Source: Diadema antillarum
Lineage: Eukaryota
Assembly: GCF_040938485.1 (NCBI RefSeq)
Contig: NW_027271236.1
Location: 62,001-126,000, forward strand
Reading direction: 5' to 3'
Length of the DNA stretch: 64,000 nucleotides
Shown: positions 1-12,773 of the stretch, in pieces
How the letters are laid out: each line of letters opens with the position of its first letter
How positions within the stretch are numbered: position 1 is the first letter of the stretch
Position numbers and translations under genes: made by a program
Notes under the pieces: generated by a model
Told to the model about the DNA's origin: nothing
What the model saw: the letters and a program-made list of their open reading frames with translations, nothing else
The model's database searches: none

Positions 1-560
1 GAGGTGATGTATTTGTACTCGTGTTCACTGTGTGTTAGATTACATATAATGTGTCACTTTTTGTTTATTTCAGATTTTTCACTTTTTCATCAGATTCTGG
101 GGAAAGGGTTGTCAATTTCAAGAATTCAATGTACATGTAAAATCACAGTCTTTCGTCACTTACTGTTGTGTTCAAAGGCACTTGTGGCTTGTAGAATCCT
201 GCGCTGTACCAAACCGTGTGATACCCCTGTTATACAGGGACTTAACTCGCTTCAGGTCCAAACCTGAAGCAAGCTAACCTATCTCTCAGTATAAAAGGTC
301 AAAAACTATGTAGTCTGAGCTAAAGTTAGCCCACTCTCGGTAGGTTGTAGATTGGGTCCGCTTCAGGCCCAAGCTAACATCAGTATAAAAGGTATGTAGA
401 TTTTATCTAGGGCTAAATTCACTGACCCATAATCAAAGAAAGCGTGTCTAATCTGGCACTTCCCTGTTGCCACCAGTGTGCTGTGCATTACATGTATGTA
501 TACTTGGGTGACCCGCACCTCGTCATAGTTACCCACGCCGATGAAAATCGGCAGGGGGTT

Positions 561-692
561 NNNNNNNNNNNNNNNNNNNNNNNNNNNNNNNNNNNNNNNN
601 NNNNNNNNNNNNNNNNNNNNNNNNNNNNNNNNNNNNNNNNNNNNNNNNNNNNNNNNNNNNNNNNNNNNNNNNNNNNNNNNNNNNNNNNNNNN
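561..692. other. Assembly gap (132 N)
   Basis: Run of N. Confidence 1.
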
Positions 693-1025
693 GAATGGGT
701 AAACGGATTTGCACGAAATGTTCAGGGAATGTTTGGATAATGACAGGAAAGAATCGATTAGATTTTGGTGATAATCGGTTGACCCTTGCAAATTCTGTGT
801 GACCTTGAAGTTTTGACCTCATGGTATAGTGACCATTCCGAAAATTTCCCGTTTCTCACTTTGCGATTTTCCGCTACCATACGAACACATAAACTTCCCA
901 ACGATCCGACTTCGCTGCTCAAATGTTCGTAAGAATTCCGAAATTTACGTTTAGGCCTATTTGAGGGACTATGTCCTTCTAGATTTATGAAAGTTCGTTC
1001 TCCGTCATCACAAACTGGCCCGTAT

Positions 1026-1718
1026 TTTGATGATTTTTCAAATTAACATTGATTGTTTTTTTCGTTGGAGGAGCATTTTGCTCGGTCGCAGTCACACTGC
1101 ACGATATGCGTGCTCAATGTCAATGCGTGTGCAAGGCCGCTGAAAATGCATCGCGCTCTACACTGTTGGTGCAAAATTGCACCGGGGACGTTGCGGCGCT
1201 CGTTGGTGGCCGAATACTGGTGCAGTAGACATTTGCATTCAACCCTTGCATTGAATAATTCCCGTAGACACTAATCATAGGGGTAATTGCCTAGGGGGTA
1301 CGTAAATTTTGTTTTTCTTTTTTGCTTTTGTGGATACCATCAAAGATCGTACACTCATACGACCTTTGATATTTGATGATTTTTCAAATTAACATTGATT
1401 GTTTTTTTCGTTGGAGGAGCATTTTGCTCGGTCGCAGTCACACTGCACGATATGCGTGCTCAATGTCAATGCGTGTGCAAGGCCGCTGAAAATGCATCGC
1501 GCTCTACACTGTTGGTGCAAAATTGCACCGGGGACGTTGCGGCGCTCGTTGGTGGCCGAATACTGGTGCAGTAGACATTTGCATTCAACCCTTGCATTGA
1601 ATAATTCCCGTAGACACTAATCATAGGGGTAATTGCCTAGTGGGTACGTAAATTTTGTTTTTCTTTTTTGCTTTTGTGGATACCATCAAAGATCGTACAC
1701 TCATACGACCTTTGATAT
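1026..1718 (+). repeat. Tandem duplication, 2 x 346 bp
   Basis: Identical ORFs at 1053 and 1399. I found one mismatch between the copies (g1295 vs t1641). Confidence 0.95.
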
Positions 1719-3308
1719 CATCACACTCTCGGCTTGCTATAATCAAAATATCCCGCAAGAAAAAGTAACGGCGTATTTCTCGATTTTTAGCGCTTTTTCC
1801 ACGACCCGTCGCGTAGACAATACTCTTAAAACTGGACTTAATTCGCGCGCGCTTGGAAAAGTTCCGATTCTGCACTTTTGACGGTGGAATTTGGGATTTT
1901 CGATGGATTTTTGGAGGAGACTTAAGGACTTTCCTGTACTTGAATGAGTGTTAATACCGTATGTGTAATGATGTGATTTGCGTGTGATGTGACTGTAGAA
2001 CCAAAGATCGTACACTTCAGTGTACGATCTTTGGTAGAACTCACTGGCTGGTGATAAAGCACACTGGCAATTAAGTGGCCGAATTCTGGTAGATGACCGA
2101 ATGCACATTATGTTTACCCCGACTTTGTACTAAGGCGTGGGTCTGCCGCCTTTGACGGCCCCTCTCTAGTTAATGTTTGCGCGTATTTGAATCACATTTC
2201 GCCACTGAAATTCTTTGAAATTCAACTCACATACAGGAAAAATGCTGAAAATTCCAATGGAATCACAAGCTCACTGATCGATATCGAAAATTTGCAGCTA
2301 TCGTCGTCAAACGCGAACGATACGAAATAGCTGTGCGCTAAGGAAGGGGCCCGCAACTCGTCACCCGCGCTCCCACAGACAAAGCACGTAAAAGACGTGT
2401 GCGGGTGACCGTGATGCTCCCATAGACATACACGTAAAAGATGCGTGCGGGGACAGTGGTGATACCGTACGTAGGGTCCTATTCCGATTAAAATTTCCGA
2501 TTTTCGCGAAAAACTGTTCGGTTTTCACCAAAAATTTGCTTTGCCCTGCCAAGTTTCAGGCATACTGAACACAGTCCCGGGCTTAAATTTTTGTTTAGTG
2601 CGCTTAAAACAATTTTAAGCGGGGTGACGGTATTCGGGCCCCTGACGAGGTGCGGGTACCTCGCTATACCGCATTATAGTGTATAACACATACAGTATTC
2701 TATGCAGTCACTGTTCACTGTTTGAGAAAACTTTTTTTTTTCACTCTTTGGACATAGCCAACATATTGACATTATTATTAAGATTGTGTATAAAGTATAG
2801 ATCAGTGTAGTACATACTGGATTATGCTGATGACAGGTTGAATTTTGCATAGAATGTAACAACTGAACTGCATTCATACTCACAAGTAAGCTTGCATACT
2901 GCCACTGAATGTTTGTGCTCATGGGAAGCACAGCAGGCTGATGTGGGGGGGGGGGGGTGGTGGGGAGATGGTTACCATGACAAATATTCTGGTCTTGCAC
3001 GTAACTCAGATGATCTAGAATGGCAGTATAAAAAGTCTGAGCGCGGTGTAAATTTATCTTGCTTTAGAAGCTAGCTAAAGTTGTTCACAGTATAAAAGAG
3101 GTAGGCCTATGTGAAAACCGTTAGTTAATACGGCAAACACATTAGTAAGAATAATGTTGCAATGTGCTGCTATAAGACACTCTTGAAACCTGTAATCCAA
3201 CCCCATGTTTACATTCCTGCCTGTTGATACTAGGTATTTTGTGTCATGTCAGACATAAGATTACCTCACCAGCTGAGGTTGTCAACGGTCTGGTAAGAAG
3301 ACACTTCA

Positions 3309-3861
3309 GGGCTTTTTACATTTGTAAATTTTTGCTTAGCCCTGGACCAACGGTGGGGCTAAGGGGGGGGGGGGGGGGCCTTAGCCCCACCGTTGGTACG
3401 GGACTGTCCTTAGCCCACTTTCTGTTTACACTCGTTTTTGCCAAAGTGGGCTAGCCCCACCGATAGTACGGTACTATCTGGCCCTGCAAAATAGCAGGGG
3501 TTAGCACCGCAATTGCGGTGCCAAGCAAGTGAGTGTAAACAGAACGAAAAAATAATCCTGGGCTAAGCGACGGAGACGAAGTCCGACCCTCACTGACCAA
3601 TCAGAAACGAGGTAATCAAGTGCTGCCGGTGCGTGCGTGTACGCGTACAGTACACAGCGTAATTATGAATATTCATGTGGTTTGGAAAGTCCGGGGCTAA
3701 GAAATACGAGTGTAAAAAGGTCAGTTTTCTCCTTAGCCCCGGACAAGAGATAGTACGGGACTAATTGGCTAGTGTAAAAAGCTGAAAAAATTGGTACGGG
3801 ACTAACGATAGTCCTGGGTCAGAGAAAGTCCGGGGTTAAGAAACACAAGTGTAAAAAGCCC
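3309..3861. mobile_element. PIF/Harbinger-like MITE (~550 bp)
   Basis: TIR (A)GGGCTTTTTACAYTTGT at both ends (17/18). TCA/TTA flanks; internal TTAGCCCC and GTACGGGACT repeats. Confidence 0.8.
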
Positions 3862-4089
3862 TTACATGTCTCAAGCAAGGAAAGTGTTTTGCTCTTGGAA
3901 TCAGTTGGTGGGGGGGGGGGGGGGGGGGAGGGGAACAAGCAAACTACAGTGTATGGTAAGCCACAACTCGTCGTTTGTACTTTTTTCAGTACTTTTAGTT
4001 CCTTTTTTTCCGCACACTGTGGTGTTAATGCAATATGTAAATTAAATTTTCCACATTAACTATTTATTTCATTAGCACAAGGTCGAAAG

Positions 4090-4121
4090 GAGAGAGCGAG
4101 AGAGAGAGAGAGAGAGAGAGA
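4090..4121. repeat. (GA)n microsatellite
   Basis: Direct reading. Confidence 0.95.
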
Positions 4122-5045
4122 AGGATTCTGCCGTTCAGTTGATTGATGGTGTTCTGACATTGAAAGGGCACAGTTAATCTAATTTCGATGCTAACATGTC
4201 ATGTCTTCATTAGGCTTATCTTCCTTGAGGAAAGTGCCAATGTCTGTTTGAAATCTTGTGTGCGATTAATACGACCTGTGTAATGGCATGTAATCGTATG
4301 CTTACCCTGTGTTCTGCAACCCTGTAATGCAGTGTTTGAGTAGCTACTTAACTAGGGGCGCTTTGTCAGACCGAGGTCTTGGCAAATTAGCTTATCCGGA
4401 GAGCATTGTGGCAATTGATGTGGTGGTAAATATGGTCCAGTGACTTCAAGAGATCAGTCAAATCATTGGAATTGTTGGTGGTGGTTCTAATGCCTCAGTC
4501 ACTGGTTGCTAGGATGTATTTTACAACATAAACAAGGTTTTTAATTAGTGTGGTTTAACCTCAGCGCTAGCATTAACCATAACGGAACTTCAGGTTTTTA
4601 GTTTGACCCAATATGAATTGATAAATTGACCATACAAGCCTTGATTTTGACCTCATTGAGGGCATGTCCAAATTAAACAGTAACTTAGCAACTAGTGAAG
4701 TCCAGCAGTTCAGCGGTATACCTAGTAGGCCTAATATCTATCAACAAAACACTTGACAATTTACTGTATGAACTCCAGTTCCTTTACAACTGAGGGCATG
4801 CATGGACATTCTAATCGAGAGTACCAAAAAGTCACAAATGGCTCGAGGTACTCTGTTCAGAACATTATGCTTTTGGCCTCCAAATGTGGTAACTGGGAAA
4901 CTGAGTCTGGAAATGTGGCGATATTCTGAAACCGCAAACAGTATACCACAACACTACACAGGGATCATGGAAGCTTGCATTGTTGATGCTGTTCTCAGAA
5001 ACGAATCTGACATATTTGGCAGCCAGTCCTGCCCGCTGTACTTAT

Positions 5046-5059
5046 GTTTCCATGGCAAT
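5046..5059 (+). promoter_or_regulatory. X-box-like GTTTCCATGGCAAT
   Basis: 13/14 match to the X-box consensus. Confidence 0.3.
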
Positions 5060-5358
5060 GGAATCACGGGTACAGCTCAATCACTGATGTGGAGTAGCTG
5101 ACACACTGACTCCCCTGTGGGCCCCATGGCTGTTCACTTGTCTTTCTTTCTTTCCTGGCCGCTGGCACTTTTCCTACTCGCCATAGTTTGAACGTGAAGG
5201 AAAAGTATCGGCTTGTACCAGATTATACAGCAGAGCCTTTAAGAACTGATAGCTCACCTTATGAGTTCTCAATGTTAATGGCATTGGTGCTTGCTTGCAG
5301 AATGCATAATTGTGTGGTTTTCCCAGAGTCTTTTCCTCTTGTCATACTATTGTACACA

Positions 5359-5922
5359 AGGAAACCAAAACACAAAGAACAATGTGGATTGAGTGAAAGC
5401 AGCAACATAAGTAGAACACATCAGTGAAAGTTTGAGGAAAATCGTACTGTCAGTGCAAAAAGTTATTAATTTCTAAAGTTTTGGTGTTGTAATGACTGGA
5501 TAAGGAGACTTCTAGAGTTCATGATGTCATCTGTGGACAGCAATATAAAGAAAATATAGAGAGAATTCCACAAAAATTCATTTTTCATGAAAATTACACA
5601 TTCTATCAACTTGATACTGACATATGTTAAGGGTAGTAATTATTCCCCCTGCTTTCTGAAAGCGGTTAGTCAAGTGCTCTTTCATTACGCTAGGGAAGTG
5701 AAAGCATGTTGAATTTTCTTTATATTTTCTTTATATTGTTGTCCACGCATGATGCTATAAACTCAAGTAGTTTCCTTATCCAGTGGTTTCAACACCAAAA
5801 CTTTTTAAGTTCATAACTTTTGCATCGATTATCCGATTTTCCTCAAACTTTCATTGATGTGCTCTACTAATGTCACTGCTTTCGCTCAATCCACATTTCT
5901 CTAAGTTGGGTTTTGGTTTCCT
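5359..5922 (-). mobile_element. TTAA-type (Kolobok-like) MITE, related to 48240-48808 and inverted relative to it
   Basis: TIR AGGAAACCAAAAC / GTTTTGGTTTCCT followed by TTAA. The interior aligns by eye to the reverse complement of the 48.2-kb copy. Confidence 0.8.
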
Positions 5923-6472
5923 TTAATACATGCTGTATTGTCTGGTATCGATAGCAAGATTGATTCTGCATTACTGATGCCATATAGTAGATCAGTAGTG
6001 ATTTCCCTCCCCATTAGCAACAAGAAACGAGTGCTGATGGGCAAAGTTTACTCATCACACAACAAACATGAAGCAAAAATCCAACAGCATTTTATGCGCT
6101 GAATGTCAGTTGCAATGAATGAAACAAAACTTGATACACCTCGTGAGTATGATGATGAAGGAAAGAGTGATTGCTTTACATCAACAGTCCCTTTGTGCCA
6201 ATGCATTCACCAGAGACAATCCTTTCCCTCCTGAAGATCCACTTTTATTGTCATGGAAAGTACAGAGGTACCAAACAACCTGTCAACTAATCGTTCTTTG
6301 GAGTCATGTAGCAGGTGTAATTCTCTATCACTCTTCACTCTCAAAGACCCCTTCACACTTCTTTAGTGAACATTAAGTGGTATTTTGAAGTGCGAGAGGC
6401 TACTGGTTAATAGGAAACATAAGGTCGTTATTTCTGTTCAAATTATTGAAATTCTTGCGTCATGGTGATTTT

Positions 6473-6607
6473 ATCGCAACTGATCGACAAAGTGCCCTTC
6501 AATGTACATTGATGTAAATATGCCCATGTTTGCCCATGATTTTTATCATGGCTACTACAAAACCCTTATCTACATTGATGATGGGCAATTTGTCAATCAG
6601 CTGCAAT
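6473..6607. mobile_element. Short palindromic MITE (family shared with 39387-39601)
   Basis: ATCGCAACTGATCGACAAA ... TTTGTCAATCAGCTGCAAT. Confidence 0.7.
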
Positions 6608-9528
6608 TGTTTTTGTTGTTTGACTCTGCACACAGCAGCCACCTCTCCACAGTAACAAGTTATGCAAGTGCTCCCATGTTCACCAATTGTACTGGTGCCA
6701 TAACTTTGAAGAAAGATGAAAATCAAATACTCAAATTAGCAGCTCACATTGCAGAAAGCCTTTCTATTGAGGAAACAGGATGTGTAAAACTTTTCAGGAA
6801 GATGTCTTCACACTAGAACAAGTTGCTTTGATAACATCCTGAACTTAGAGAATTGAGTTGTTGAAAGAAATTACTCTCATTTTCACACCAATTAGGCCTA
6901 CTGTAATCCACCAACCCATTTTACAGTAATTCAGTCAGATTAATGTTTCTTTGCTATCCTGAATAGCCCTCAATAATCAACATATCTTTCCATTCTGTTA
7001 ATATTGTACTGTATCTTTGTAATTTTAGTTGTGCTTGAATGTAGTAGCTGTGTACATGTCTTATTCTTTTTTAATGGAAAAATTTGCTATTTCATTTGTG
7101 ATATGTTCAATGCAGAAACCTCTGTAAATTTGAAGTTAAAAATTTAAGATAACATTGTGGTTCTAATTCCAAATTCAAACCACTTGTGACTTGTCTTGCT
7201 AGTTCCAGTTAGCAAAATGGATTACAATTTCACATATATGGAATACAGTACATGTGTTCTTCACATTCAGATGTGAATGAAGATGACATTCACACTGTGT
7301 TCTTGACCTTGGATGATGTGGGAGAAAGTGCGAGCTGATATTGAGCAAAGTTGCAGTACAAGAAAAGTTGTTAAGGCTAAACACAGACTAAGGTTTAAAG
7401 GTCATATGCTACAGGTTACAGTTGAGATTGTGGAGTCTGTCTGACCCACCCAAATATCCTGCATTGATAGAAATGGCTATGGATGCATTCAGAATGTATT
7501 CAGAATCAATGAGGAATGGATATGACTGGGTTCATCTGGTGGGCGTGCACCTGCCCTGTACCCAACCCTGGATGATGTCTCTTGGCACCCATGCCAGCCC
7601 TGGCTTTTCCTCCTTGGCATATTATCAAAATGGGGAATATCCTAGTGCTGTTCTGAATGTTGGTTTTCTATCTTATTAATAGTAAACACATAAATACACA
7701 GAGTCAGTGGAAGGGCATCTACAAGAACACATTAAACAAAAACTTGCACTGTAGTGTCGATGTATCATGTGGTAATAGAACCCTACAGTCTACATGGTGT
7801 ATAACTAAGGCTTACATACTCCTGTACCTTGACCTTTTAATATGGTAGGATTAAATATGTAGTCACATAGTTACTTTTTCTTTAGATCGTCTGTGCACAG
7901 ACTTTCAATCTTGTATTTCTAGTTGACTAAGAAACCTGCAGAATTATTGTCAGTTATTGCCAATCACATATCGATGCAAGAAACATTAATATGCTTCATT
8001 GGCAGTGCTAAGGTTTGAGTTTTGAGAAAGAAATACCGGTAATGAGGGCAATGACTCAGCATTTTTGTGCAATATTGCTTGTTTATGCCTTAACATATTT
8101 CGTCTCAAAGATAAAGAATTCTGTGTTTTTGAACAGTTTGTATTTGTTCCAAAATTTACTACTTTAACTTATTGTTACTATTTCATTGGGTAAGGTAAAA
8201 CTTATTTCATTTGAGCTGTGTTTTCGTCATGTACAGTAGCAGTATTTTAGTAACGTTTCAATTACAGTAAATTCAGTAACATAATGTGGAGGATTGATTT
8301 CAATACTTCTCTCTCAAATTGGCACATTTGTCTTTTTTGTGAATTTGTGCAGATTCAGTGAATTCTATCGATTCCATGTATTTTATATATAGGAAATTCA
8401 CTAAATATATGATTTTCCAAATTAATGAACAAGATAGTAATTTCTGCTAGAATATCAAACCAAGACTTGATGGGATCAAGGAGCTATGTGTAGCTCTTTG
8501 ATTTGATTACGGATATTCATGTCTTGTCAGCAAGCATGTTCACACAAGAATCGCCCATAAATTATATTTTTGTATGTACAGGAGTTTCCTTTTTTGGGAC
8601 ATTCACTGTGTATACCAGCACCCAGATATAATTGGCTAAAGTTGGACAAAAGAGCAAAAAATGTATTCTTGAATGGAACATCTTATGATTGATTTATCCA
8701 GTTTATCCACATTGATAGGAAAAAAAGTAATTGACTACTAGTACATGGTAAGACAAGCAGTGCAAAAGTCTAGTGCATGTATTTATAAGTGTACAAAATG
8801 TATCCTGGCAGTGTCTTCAAGGATGGGGCCCAACCAGACTCTGAGAAACGATTAATCTTGTGATCTGTTTTCCTGACAGATAGGCCTCTTTTCACAGACT
8901 TGTTGACATAATCCCTTAGTCTCGCATCAATCACCTTAGACTGGCTTGCCTTGCGATGCTTTTTCCAACCCAACTTTACTCTGCTTGGCCCGTTTCTGGT
9001 AGCAATACGTCTTGTTTAGGTAGGGGGAAAAATTCACTCCATGTATTTCTTTTCGTCATACCAAAGTGATATTGATGAGGCAGGGAGCTGCTCCCTGATG
9101 CCAAACACTTCTCCTAGCTGTCTCATTACCAACAAGCTGTACATCCTACATGAGCGGATGTCAATAGTATTTCACATTTAAATCCTCAAAAGAGTTTGTA
9201 AATCCACAGGGCCTGCAGATGCACTTCAAACCAAAGGCGCGACAAACCTAATTGCCATTTTGTCTGAGGTGACCTGAAATAACAATTCGGCAAGTAACAT
9301 GAATTGGCACCCGCCTGCAGAAAGCATTGGATCTTGCTCTGAATGCTCATTTTCAGCGGGAGAAGTATTTTTTTTTTTCATGCGCTAATAGGTTTTGTAA
9401 GAAGAAATATCAAGTGGTGTCATTTTAGAATTCTACAGTTGAGTGCATGGTATGGGATTCAAACAGGAGCTGCATCAGTTACAGCTCTAAATATCATTTA
9501 TATGACATACAATTTGCTATTTGGTCAA

Positions 9529-9750
9529 TACTGTAAATGCATAAATGTTCACAGTACATTTATTTTCGCATATTTTGTGCTACTTCTGAATAGCGCGGAT
9601 TCTAAAACCCACAAAAATATCTTCACAATTTTATCTGCACATTTTGAATGGGTTGACAAGCGCACAGCACGAATTCAAGAACCCACTAATATGTTTTTAA
9701 GCTGTTCAGCATGAAAAAATAATCACGCGAAAATATTGACTTTTACTATG
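9529..9750. mobile_element. Degenerate TA-flanked MITE related to the TACTGTAAA family
   Basis: Starts TACTGTAAA and ends CGCGAAAATATTGACTTTTAC. Confidence 0.55.
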
Positions 9751-10099
9751 ATATCTACAAAGTATAAGGGATAAATTTCCTCTTGCAGTTGATGTATTAC
9801 AATTCAGCTAGAGGATCGTAAAATATTAAAGAGTTTCATTTCAGTTACACCTTTGGGGCATCTAGATAGGTAGCATGTTGTTCATTGAATAAACAAATGC
9901 CATGTTAAATGATCTTTATGGATTATTTCTGAATCTTGACAGGTCCTACAGAAAAGTCAGGAAGATTAAAAAAAAGAATGATACAGTTTCGCTTCAGATA
10001 GAGCTTGAGGTTTTCAAATTTTTTTTTTATGATGATTTTTTTTTAAACATAATGGGAAACCTTATGAAATATGAAAAAGCATTTTATGATTCTGAGAGA

Positions 10100-10340
10100 A
10101 ATTCAAAGTTTATTTGATTAAAATTGGTTTGAAAATGGCTGAGATGTCTAAAACAAAGCGATCCTAATAAAAGATAAAAGGTGGAACCCACCTTTTATTA
10201 GGGTCGCTTTGTTTTACTTTGTTTTGGATATATCCATTTCAAAATGGATTCTCTTGAAATATATATTGAAATCCTCTCAGAACTGTATGCTTTCTAACAT
10301 TTATAAAGTGGTTTCAAAGTATATTGTGAAAAGTTAAAAG
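10100..10340. mobile_element. Centre of a palindromic MITE remnant
   Basis: AAAACAAAGCGATCCTAATAAAAG...CTTTTATTAGGGTCGCTTTGTTTT hairpin with extended imperfect arms. Confidence 0.6.
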
Positions 10341-11496
10341 CTTTGAAATTCTCACCTCAGCCAATACTATACTACGATGTATGCTATCCCTTCAAAATAA
10401 AAACATTGTTTCTTATGGTTTTATTCACCTGTTCTCTTTTAACATGGAGAATTGACTTTGCAGTATCATGTACAAAGTATGTACAATGGATCCATCATGG
10501 AATATTATACATTGTATCTTATGGTAGCTCTCCAAATAACCTGTTTGTAATTGCTGCCTTTTTTTTTTTCTTTTTTCTTTTTTTAGATGGGTAGATCAGT
10601 TTCCAGAAGTGCCAATCATACTTGTTTTGTTCAAAATGATCCTTGATCATTTGTTAGCCTTTGTCAAACCCAGGTGCATTTTTAGTGCCACAAAAGCATG
10701 AAAGAAAAATATGAAATTAAATATATCTATTCACACTGTACTCCAGTCAACATCTCTTCCTAGACAGAGTAGTTTATTCCAGATGCACAGGAAATGGTTT
10801 GTGTGTTTGGCATAAATCATAATTATTGGTGCATAATGGTATAAAATACATTGGAGTTTTCCCTGGCTTGCTCCTTGAACTGTGTGACTTTTGATTGGGC
10901 TTATTACTCACTGTTGGTCAATATTCCACTATATTCTATGCCATCAACTTACAATGTATTTGGAGTGTGTGTTTGTGTGTATGTTGATTTTATGTTGGGA
11001 ATGTAATGTGCAGTTTTCTCTTTCAAAAGAAGCACAAACTTCACGTATGATGCCTAAATGATTTTATAGAAATGTTCCAACACAAATATATTTCTTTTGG
11101 CACTTGACTTCAGGATTTTTATAAGCAGAGATGATGCCAAACTTTTGATTGATAGACTTTATACAATGTAGAGTGCAAGGCAAGTCAAAATCAAAAGAGA
11201 TGTAAAAAGTCACCCCTAGTCAAATGTCATGTACACATTCTAATAAACATTGACATAATCCTTCTTTATGTCAGTTGTCAGTGTAATCTATGCAGCTGAC
11301 TCAATACTCATTTGCTTTTTTGTTTTGTTAAAAAATAAATGATGCTACTAAAACAAGACTGGCAAGTTTTATTGTTCAGTTGCACACAAACTTCATTCTC
11401 TTCCTTTGCTAAGGGGTTGAATGAAATCGTATGTGCTGGAAGTTTTATAGTAAGGCTCATTTTGTACTGTGCTTCATTCTGTTTCTTTTACTGCAG

Positions 11497-11626
11497 AGAT
11501 GCTTCGTTTGGTGCCTGTACCTACAACCTCACGTTACTGGACTGCCTCAAGGGAATTGACAAGGCAGTCACCCACGGCTTCCTGGACTTTGAGAACTTTG
11601 ACATTGAAGAATATGAACATTATGAG
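11497..11626 (+). CDS. CDC14: CDC14 phosphatase internal exon (A domain): (R)[43 protein letters not shown]
   Basis: ctgcag acceptor ends at 11496 and GTGAGG donor starts at 11627; 130 nt, phase 2 to 0. Peptide matches the CDC14A/B DASFG..CTY..LDCL...GF.DFE.FD..EYEHYE motif. Confidence 0.97.
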
Positions 11627-12007
11627 GTGAGGGCTTGCTCTCCAAAGGACAAGTTCACCTTAATATTGCTGTATTCACTCAATCCATATGTATATTAAGG
11701 TGGACTTGTCCTTATATCTTCCATGTTTTCCCTGCCCAGCTAGAGATGTTAGTACTATTACATCACACTATAACAATTTGCAGTACTTTAACTCGTGATG
11801 TGGCAGGTTTATGTGCTCACCCTAACTGATAGAATTCCAAGTTCTCATTTTCTACCCTCAGACAATTTAACTCAAAGTTATCAGTAATTATAGACTTGGA
11901 ACAGTGTAGTGACTTGCAAGTACACAGGGGTTGTACAGTGAACCTGCTTGGCTAGGGCCCATCTATTGTGATTTGGACAAGCGGAACAGTTTCATTTCTA
12001 ATGCAAA

Positions 12008-12113
12008 AGTAGTGATGTTGAACCTAGCAAGCCCCAGAAATTGCATTTCTGTGCATTGCAAGTAGTGATGTTGAACCTAGCAAGCCCCAGAAATTGCATT
12101 TCAGTGCATTGCA
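12008..12113 (+). repeat. Tandem duplication, 2 x 53 bp
   Basis: agtagtgatgttgaacctagcaagccccagaaattgcatttc(t/a)gtgcattgca occurs twice. Confidence 0.95.
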
Positions 12114-12560
12114 TTTGTGTGCACATGGTACTGTACATGTACATTTTGATTTTCAAGATTTTATGTACAATACGTAGTACATTTAATCATATTCTCTTTA
12201 CAATAATCATTATGTATACATGTTTCACAGGATAAATCAAAACAAAAATGTTCTTTCATTTTTATTCTTGTTCATAAGATATAATTCTTTGTGTTGTTGC
12301 AGAATCTTCATAATCCTCTAACATAACAACAGATTATGAAATTGGCAACACACTACTGGAAGATTTGCTTTTTTTTTGGGGGGGGGGGGGGAGAGGTATA
12401 TACACTCTGTGCGGTTTCTTTATCCCGTGATCATATAGTATGGTACTCCACTTGCTCCATCAGTGAAAGCAAATATGTGATGAAGAGATGAAAAATTGAA
12501 TTTTGTTCAAAGGAATATTACACACAAGGTTTATCCCCACAGAAGCGCCCCATTTAAAAC

Positions 12561-12773
12561 TACTGTAAAAGTGGATATTTTCGTGCGACTAATTTTTCGC
12601 GCTTCGCCGGGTCAGAAGAGTTTCGCGTGTTTTTAATTCCGCGGAATCAAGACATCATGCACAGGAACGTATGGCAAGCAAAAATATTCGCGTGCTTTTA
12701 TTTTCGCTCTAGTTTCCGATTGCGCAAAATGCGCGAAAATTTCAACACCGTGAAAATTTCCACTTTTACAGTA
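12561..12773 (+). mobile_element. Tc1/mariner-type MITE, copy A (~210 bp, TA TSD)
   Basis: TA-CTGTAAAAGTGGATATTTTCG ... GAAAATTTCCACTTTTACAG-TA. Confidence 0.9.

Larger units (their letters stand above)
526..2171 (+). mobile_element. Crypton-like non-autonomous element nested in the TIR element
   Basis: TAGTT direct repeats at 526-530 and 2167-2171. Subterminal inverted ACCCACGCC (531-539) / GGCGTGGGT (2134-2142). The 3' end GGCGTGGGTCTGC..CTAGTT resembles non-autonomous Crypton ends as I recall them. Confidence 0.5.
501..2666. mobile_element. Non-autonomous DNA transposon with imperfect TIRs, interrupted by a nested element
   Basis: ACCCGCACCTCGTCA (511-525) is the exact reverse complement of TGACGAGGTGCGGGT (2643-2657). 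TA flanks both ends and the interior is CpG-rich. Confidence 0.6.

Noticed and set aside
1053-1620. Two identical 73-aa ORFs
   Set aside because: They result from the 346-bp tandem duplication in a non-autonomous element and have no recognisable domain.
8770-8973. Basic 67-aa minus-strand ORF
   Set aside because: No recognisable motif or splice context; at most a TE fragment.
1-11496. N-terminal CDC14 exons (DRLYF, FYADFGPLN, ANAAFL, PYLPFR)
   Set aside because: No matching peptide was found by eye. The gag|gtgatg at position 1 does not fit a Phe-Arg junction. These exons are probably upstream of the window; the gap cannot be excluded.
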